32,000 bases of DNA, from assembly GCF_036323395.1 (NCBI RefSeq), contig NZ_AP028907.1, positions 360,001 to 392,000 on the forward strand, in the 5' to 3' direction. This DNA is from Pyrodictium abyssi (GTDB lineage Archaea; Thermoproteota; Thermoprotei_A; Sulfolobales; Pyrodictiaceae). The first letter of the stretch is position 1, and each line of letters begins with the position of its first letter. The notes beneath the pieces are model-generated. The model was not told where the DNA came from and did no database searches. It was given only the letters and a program-made list of their open reading frames with translations. Of the stretch, positions 26,691 through 32,000 are shown piece after piece. The position numbers and the translations under genes were made by a program.

Positions 26691-27017
26691 GTGGCCCCGT
26701 ACATGAGCAGGGAGTATCGGGGACGCAGGATAGTCGTATGGCCGGTCTACATTGACTCTACAGCATCGCGCGGAGAAGGGCGGAAGATTCCCCTCCGTGA
26801 CGCGGTGAGAAAGCCCAGGGTCGAGGAGATAGTTGAAGCGGCCAGGAGGCTAGGTCTGAACCCCGAGGTCGAGGAGGCCAGATATCCACGCAGCTGGTGG
26901 GAGAACACTAGACGCGTCATAGTGGACAAGATGGGGTCTAAACTATCAACACTAAAGGCTCTGGCGGCGGAGCTGCGGAAACTCCGGGAGGAGAAGCGTA
27001 GGCTCCGCCAAGCCTAG
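26691..27017 (+). CDS. srp19: Signal recognition particle 19 kDa protein
   Basis: RRIVVWPVYIDSTASRGEGRKIPLRDAVRKPRVEEIVEAARRLGLNPEVEEARYPRSWW; GTG start. Confidence 0.9.
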   Translation: MAPYMSREYRGRRIVVWPVYIDSTASRGEGRKIPLRDAVRKPRVEEIVEAARRLGLNPEVEEARYPRSWWENTRRVIVDKMGSKLSTLKALAAELRKLREEKRRLRQA

Positions 27018-27099
27018 GCGGTGCATGCTCACGGCGTGCCCCGCTACTGGAGCTTCGCACGGCCTCTCGGGCGGCCACGTGGCGGCACGGTGAGAGGTC

Positions 27100-27477
27100 A
27101 TGACTGCTCACATACCGCCGATAAGTGTAAGCCCTTACAGACTACTCGTTGCCCTATCGATAACGCTGATAGTGAATATACCGTTTGGCTACTGGCGTGC
27201 CTACGCCAAGAGGAATAGACGGAGGTTTGAATGGTTCCTGGCTGTCCACGCGCCGGTGCCGCTAATAGCAGTACTGAGGAAATGGAGCGTCGTATCGTTA
27301 TCAATAGAGCATATTGCTGTGATAGCGCTGTTTGTGGTAATGTACTTTATCGGGCAGCGTCTGGGCGGCAAGATACATGTTAGACTAGCCTCAAGTGGAT
27401 GCATCGAGGCTGGGCGGAATCTAGTGCAGGACATACTCCGAGTCTACCGCGTAGCGTCTTCCTGCAAGATACAGTAA
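27100..27477 (+). CDS. Small membrane hypothetical protein
   Basis: 125 aa with about three hydrophobic segments. Confidence 0.6.
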   Translation: MTAHIPPISVSPYRLLVALSITLIVNIPFGYWRAYAKRNRRRFEWFLAVHAPVPLIAVLRKWSVVSLSIEHIAVIALFVVMYFIGQRLGGKIHVRLASSGCIEAGRNLVQDILRVYRVASSCKIQ

Positions 27478-27569
27478 ACCAGGACAACAAGGGGCAGCGG
27501 GTTGCAGCGCCGCCCCGCAGGACTTTCAGGATACTCTGCATAACCCTAGACGAAACGAGGCGGGCCATT

Positions 27570-28964
27570 CTAGCCCTCTGCTGCGTCGTTGCTGTAGAGG
27601 GCCCCGATTATCGAGCTTACTGGCAGTGTAACGTGCCGGCTAGGCGCGGAGTAGCGTAGCTTTAGCGTCTTGATGTCTATGTATAGTGGGTCGTTTATCC
27701 TCCGCGGGGCTATATAGAATATTGCATCGTATATATCATACAATGGGTATGTGTTCACAAGCTCCCTGAGCGTCGCGGAGTACACGTAAACCCCTGTTAT
27801 CCCGTGTATTCTGCGATGCTGTATATTGTTAAAATGCTCTCTTATCCCTACATCCATCTCGCCAGAGAGCCAGAAGGCCTGCTTAATACCGTCCACCACT
27901 ACAACGTCGGGCATAACCCTGAGGTCTTCCTCGATACTGTGCATCGCAAGCTTGGTGGCAGAGTATATTGTGGGATTAACGCTGCTTATTCTAGCAACCT
28001 CTACTGAGGGGTTGGAACAACCAAGCCTCCTTAGTACCCACCTTACCTCGTCCGGCGACCTGCTAAAGCTCCTATACAGTACTTTGACCGGCGGATCAGC
28101 CTCAGTATTACAGGCTAGGCCTAAGAGTATCGTGAGTGGATCGAGCGCGGGGTGTATCGATACGAGGATCTGCGAGCCACGGGGCAGCGAAACAGAGTAG
28201 CTCATGTTTGCCACGCTGAGCTTAAAGCGTAGTACCTCGCTTGGGGCGGGTATATTCGATATCTTCGGCGGAGTTCTAACGGCTATAACCTTGCCCGGCA
28301 CTATCGCGTAAGTGAGTCTTGCAAGGGTGGCGCCATGTCCCCGCATCTTGAGTATCTCCATCGTCCTTATTATCTTGTCGCCGCTAAAGCCTGTCTTGAG
28401 CATAATGAGACCGTCTACAACGAACTCTTCTATCCCGTAGCCAAGCCTCGAGCTGCCGACGGGCAGCTCTGCCGTGAGGACCGTAGTTACTTCGCGCCTC
28501 TTAACGTGGTGGATGAACAAGCTATGTAGGAGTTCTCTCGCCCTCTGGTCGCTGCCGAGCACCCGCAGAATAGAGGTTATGGTGTCCACTGCCAGCCTCT
28601 TAGCACCTATAGCGTCTATGGTGGAGAGAAGGCTCTCAAGTGTCGCAGTAGCGGCTTCCTCGTCGTTTATATTGAGAGCCTCCAGAAACATGAACTTGCC
28701 TTGCTTCTCGTAAGCCTCGAAGTCGAGCCCGAGCTGGCTCATGTTTTCGAGGAATTCTTCCCGGTACTCGTTGAAGCTAAGATATATCCCGGGCTCGCCT
28801 CTAGCGAGGCCCTCGTAGATGAATCGTGCGGCGAAGCTCGTTTTGCCGCTCCCAGGGCTGCCTGCGACGAGTATTATGCTCCCCCGCCTTACGCCGCCGC
28901 CTAGGATATCGTCGAGCCCCTCTATGCCTAGAGGCACCAGCTTATCATCGTATGTAGTAGTCAT
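27570..28964 (-). CDS. KaiC-like RecA-superfamily ATPase with a degenerate second domain
   Basis: LGIEGLDDILGGGVRRGSIILVAGSPGSGKTSFAARFIYEGLARGEPGIYLSFNE. Second half has RGSQILVSIHPALDPLTILLGLA in the Walker A position and DVVVVDGI in the Walker B position. Confidence 0.85.
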   Translation of the reverse strand: MTTTYDDKLVPLGIEGLDDILGGGVRRGSIILVAGSPGSGKTSFAARFIYEGLARGEPGIYLSFNEYREEFLENMSQLGLDFEAYEKQGKFMFLEALNINDEEAATATLESLLSTIDAIGAKRLAVDTITSILRVLGSDQRARELLHSLFIHHVKRREVTTVLTAELPVGSSRLGYGIEEFVVDGLIMLKTGFSGDKIIRTMEILKMRGHGATLARLTYAIVPGKVIAVRTPPKISNIPAPSEVLRFKLSVANMSYSVSLPRGSQILVSIHPALDPLTILLGLACNTEADPPVKVLYRSFSRSPDEVRWVLRRLGCSNPSVEVARISSVNPTIYSATKLAMHSIEEDLRVMPDVVVVDGIKQAFWLSGEMDVGIREHFNNIQHRRIHGITGVYVYSATLRELVNTYPLYDIYDAIFYIAPRRINDPLYIDIKTLKLRYSAPSRHVTLPVSSIIGALYSNDAAEG

Positions 28965-29051
28965 GTTATAGGCCTCTCCTGCCTCCTATAGACGCGGATA
29001 CTAGTCTTTTAAAGCCTCTGGAGTGTGAAGAACCAGGCAAGAGCGGTGCAG

Positions 29052-30344
29052 CTACGAGCTGACCTCCTCACGGTGGAGCCTCTGGTGGGCTCCTTCACGC
29101 CAGCTAAAGGGGTTTACAGCCCCCGTCTTGCCCGTCAAAACCCCCTCGTGATACACCACAACGCCGCCAACTATAGTGGCTAGTACCTCCATGCACCTCC
29201 TCTCCATGAAGTAGGGTATGTGCCTGGCCTTGCTCAGCTCCGGTGCCAGAACCCTGCCGGAGCCAGGGCGGAATACTGTAAGGTTTGCGCGAGCCCCGGT
29301 CTCGAGTACGCCGTAGCCGCTGAGCCCTAGTATACGTGCAGGGCCACGGCTAACCAGCCAGAGGTACTTGCTGAGCCCTAGGGCTCCTGCCTCTACCAGG
29401 CAGTAGAGCATCTGCGGCCATGCCTCCAGCCACGGTATGCCGGGCCTGCAGGTGAGAGGCTCAGACTTCTCCCAGACAGCGTGCGGCGCGTGATCACTAG
29501 CAAATGCGTCCACCATGCCTTCGAGAAGCCTCTCAAGCAGCAGCATGGAGTGGTGCGCGTCCCTCAGCGGAGGGTTGACACGGAACAGGCAGTCCTCGTC
29601 CCACTCCTGTAGCAGTAGGTGGTGGGGCGTAACGTCGACGGTGAATCCCGCTAAGCGGGCGCGCTCTAGAGCCGAGGGGCAGGACACGTGTGTTATGTGT
29701 ACCCTGGCTCTCGGCTGCAGCGAGGCGACTAGCTCTACAGCTGCAGTCTCCCAGTGGCAGCCACGGTGCATAGTACGCGAGCTATTGCTCTCCACGAGCG
29801 GCTTCTCGGCTTCGGGTAGCTCAGGGTGCACTACTATCAGCGTGTCGCTAGAATCGAGCACGGCCCGGACTATGTCGAAGCGGTCGAGCAGGTCGCTAGG
29901 GTACACCTTGAACCCGGCTATAGGCATCGAGGCCAGCCTAGAGGCCTCCTCTAGTGAGCCTGGTATCCCAGCGTACACCGAGTAGTCGACCAGGCTGCGC
30001 CTCTCAAGGGCCTGCAGCTTCTCGCTGAGGGTCTTAGCTGTAGAGAGACGGGGCACTGTATTGGGCATGTCGGCCACCATTGTTATGCCGCTAGCAGCGG
30101 CAGCAGCGGTACCACTATGCTCGTCCTCCTTGTAGCTGAGCCCTAGCCCTCTCAAGTGCACGTGAAGGTCTATGAAGCCAGGCGCTACGTAGACGCCCTG
30201 GCCCTGGTAGTCGAGCAGGTTCACGGCACTCGGCGGCCTACCAGTTATACCGACTATAACCCCATCCTCAACTACAACGCAGCCCTCCCCGTGGACACCC
30301 CGGTAGTCCACCAGGGTCCCACACACTACGGTCTCTGCCCGCAT
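29052..30344 (-). CDS. pyrC: Dihydroorotase
   Basis: APGFIDLHVHLRGLG, ADMPNTVP, THVSC, DHAPH amidohydrolase metal-ligand motifs; located in the pyr cluster. Confidence 0.88.
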   Translation of the reverse strand: MRAETVVCGTLVDYRGVHGEGCVVVEDGVIVGITGRPPSAVNLLDYQGQGVYVAPGFIDLHVHLRGLGLSYKEDEHSGTAAAAASGITMVADMPNTVPRLSTAKTLSEKLQALERRSLVDYSVYAGIPGSLEEASRLASMPIAGFKVYPSDLLDRFDIVRAVLDSSDTLIVVHPELPEAEKPLVESNSSRTMHRGCHWETAAVELVASLQPRARVHITHVSCPSALERARLAGFTVDVTPHHLLLQEWDEDCLFRVNPPLRDAHHSMLLLERLLEGMVDAFASDHAPHAVWEKSEPLTCRPGIPWLEAWPQMLYCLVEAGALGLSKYLWLVSRGPARILGLSGYGVLETGARANLTVFRPGSGRVLAPELSKARHIPYFMERRCMEVLATIVGGVVVYHEGVLTGKTGAVNPFSWREGAHQRLHREEVSS

Positions 30345-31132
30345 TCCGCTTCAACCCAGCAGCCGAGCATAGAGCCAGGGAACACCGGGCCCTCGCGGCA
30401 CAGTAGACTAGAGGTACATGGCAGCATGCATGACCCGCAGAACCCCATACCGCAGCGTACGAGGGTCTCAAGGCTCGCGTAGAACCGGTCCAGCAGCCCC
30501 TGGTCCCCGGCGAGCTTGTAGAGCGTGCAGAGCATGGCAGGCGGCCCGGCGGCCACAATGGCGTCGAAGCCCGTCAAGTCTATAGTGCTGAGGGCGTCGA
30601 CGACCGTCCCCTTGACGCCCCTGCTACCATCGTCAGTCGCAACCACGAGCTTAACGCCTTCGAGGCCATCCAGGTACATCTCTATGGGAGCTAGCTCGCT
30701 AACCGTACGCGCGCCATAGACTAGCGTGACCCGGGCACCGCTCCTACTAGCCCACCCGGCAAGGGGTACAAGCGAGGCTATGCCAGTACCGCCGCCCACG
30801 AGCAGCACGGCCCCTGCTTTTGGCTTAAAGCCCCGCCCCATGGGGCCTATGATGCCCGCCCTTGCCGGGGGCTGCTCTACTATCATGCGCGTGGTAGAGC
30901 CCCGCAGCCTCACAAGGAAGTCAATACGATCCTTTGACGAGTATATCGGTGCCAGCGGTATAGCCTCGGCACCCGGGACCCAGAACATGGCGAACTGTGT
31001 CGGCTCGAACTCGGGCAAGACGCATGTCTGCGGCCTGTAGGAGAGGAGTATGGCTCCCCTGCCACGCCATAGAACACGGTCCAGCCGAAGGCTGCAGTAG
31101 CTGTAGCCCCGCCTCTCTGTAGCGGGTGCCAT
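30326..31132 (-). CDS. pyrK: Dihydroorotate dehydrogenase electron-transfer subunit (PyrK-like)
   Basis: VLLVGGGTGIASLVPLA, VYGARTVSEL, and C-terminal [2Fe-2S] motif CGMGFCGSCMLPC...C. Confidence 0.85.
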   Translation of the reverse strand: MAPATERRGYSYCSLRLDRVLWRGRGAILLSYRPQTCVLPEFEPTQFAMFWVPGAEAIPLAPIYSSKDRIDFLVRLRGSTTRMIVEQPPARAGIIGPMGRGFKPKAGAVLLVGGGTGIASLVPLAGWASRSGARVTLVYGARTVSELAPIEMYLDGLEGVKLVVATDDGSRGVKGTVVDALSTIDLTGFDAIVAAGPPAMLCTLYKLAGDQGLLDRFYASLETLVRCGMGFCGSCMLPCTSSLLCREGPVFPGSMLGCWVEAECGQRP

Positions 31133-31133
31133 G

Positions 31134-31628
31134 CTATCTCCTCTCTTCGCCTGCCTCCTCGAGCTGTTCTAGTACGTCCTCTTCATCGATTATGGTGCCG
31201 CAGTATGTGCACTGGAGCTGTAGCGGCCGCTCGGCTAGTATCCTAAAGCGTGGCCGTAGAGGCTCCCTGGGCTTACGCGTTATGCAGGTTGGGTTTGTGC
31301 AGGCTACTATTCCCTCGATCACGCTGGGTAGTTTGACCCGCTTCTTCTCTATAACCTGGTAGCCCTTCACGATATTTATGGTTGCCGATGGCGCTATCAG
31401 TGCTATCCGGTTGACCTCCTCGCTGCTGAGATGACGCCCCTCTACCTTCACTATGTCCTTGCGCCCGAGCCGGCGGCTCTCAACGTTCATTACTACGGCG
31501 ACGCGTAGGCCCTCGCGCCCCGTTATCCCTAGTATCCTCAGTACAGCTAGCGCCCGGCCAGCAGGTATGTGGTCTATGACTGTTCCCTCTCTTATCCGGC
31601 GTACCAGTAGCCCCTCGGAGGGAGTCAT
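31134..31628 (-). CDS. pyrI: Aspartate carbamoyltransferase regulatory subunit
   Basis: GTVIDHIPAGRALAVLRILGI and zinc site CTNPTC...CTYCGTII. Start at internal Met 31628. Confidence 0.92.
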   Translation of the reverse strand: MTPSEGLLVRRIREGTVIDHIPAGRALAVLRILGITGREGLRVAVVMNVESRRLGRKDIVKVEGRHLSSEEVNRIALIAPSATINIVKGYQVIEKKRVKLPSVIEGIVACTNPTCITRKPREPLRPRFRILAERPLQLQCTYCGTIIDEEDVLEQLEEAGEERR

Positions 31629-31635
31629 TGCGCGG

Positions 31636-32000
31636 CTACACCTCTGCGCCCAGTATGAGCGATAACAGGGCCATGCGTACGGGGACGCCGTTCCGGGCCT
31701 GGAGGAAATACGCGGCGTAGCGGGACGAGTCCACATTGGCGGCTATCTCGTCCACCCTAGGCAGCGGGTGGAGAACACGCAGCTCTGGCTTAGCGCCCCT
31801 CTCCAGTAGCTCTCGTGTCACACGGTAGCTGCCGCGCACCTTCTCGTACTCCCTAGGGTCGGGGAACCGCTCCCGCTGTATACGCGTCACATACAGCACA
31901 TCGAGCTCTCCTAGGACGTCGTCGAGCTTGCTGACCTCCTCGTAGTCTATGCCGGCCTCGTCGAGCCTGGCTCTTACCTCGGGCCTCGCGCGGAGGAGGG
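31636..32000 (-). CDS. pyrB: Aspartate carbamoyltransferase catalytic subunit, C-terminal part (5' end outside window)
   Basis: [56 protein letters not shown]. Frame remains open to the window edge. Confidence 0.92.
   Translation of the reverse strand, partial: LLRARPEVRARLDEAGIDYEEVSKLDDVLGELDVLYVTRIQRERFPDPREYEKVRGSYRVTRELLERGAKPELRVLHPLPRVDEIAANVDSSRYAAYFLQARNGVPVRMALLSLILGAEV

Noticed and set aside
1-32000. CRISPR array, rRNA, tRNA or transposase
   Set aside because: Looked for regularly spaced direct repeats, T-loop/B-box sequences (GGTTCRANTCC) and transposase motifs by eye and found none convincing. tRNAscan-SE with archaeal intron support and a CRISPR finder would settle this.

Overview
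This window looks like a moderately GC-rich, gene-dense chromosomal segment of a hyperthermophilic crenarchaeon. The Desulfurococcales/Pyrodictiaceae assignment is inferred from gene content: L13e, SRP19, SAMP/Ncs6, NiFe hydrogenase and pyrB/I/K/C. Recognisable genes, left to right, are: partial Trm5/Tyw2-like methyltransferase; conserved coiled-coil protein; secreted Lon-like Ser/Lys protease; family-4 uracil-DNA glycosylase with a C-terminal PIP box; nucleoside phosphorylase; a broken MFS transporter in an AT-richer patch; a SAMP/ThiS-like protein overlapping an Ncs6/TtuA-type thiolase; an AEC-family permease with an anomalous 5' end; a predicted PD-(D/E)XK-like protein; a nucleoside-type ABC importer with no co-encoded binding protein; ribosomal L13e; Lrp/AsnC regulator; DUF211; MetRS-beta-like protein; a saccharopine-dehydrogenase-like protein; an orphan [NiFe] hydrogenase large subunit; a hypothetical plus an RHH regulator; a three-gene cassette (LolD/MacB-type ATPase, 1341-aa repeat ectodomain protein, MacB/FtsX permease); SRP19; a small membrane protein; a KaiC-like protein whose second domain appears to lack a P-loop; and the pyr cluster. 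I saw no CRISPR array, rRNA, convincing tRNA or transposase. The strongest leads are the ABC/ectodomain cassette, the orphan hydrogenase with a TACTA-rich upstream region, the predicted nuclease, the decaying island at 4.7-6.2 kb and the AEC gene's in-frame TGA near its start. None is demonstrated to be a new system. All family calls were made by eye, without database searches.
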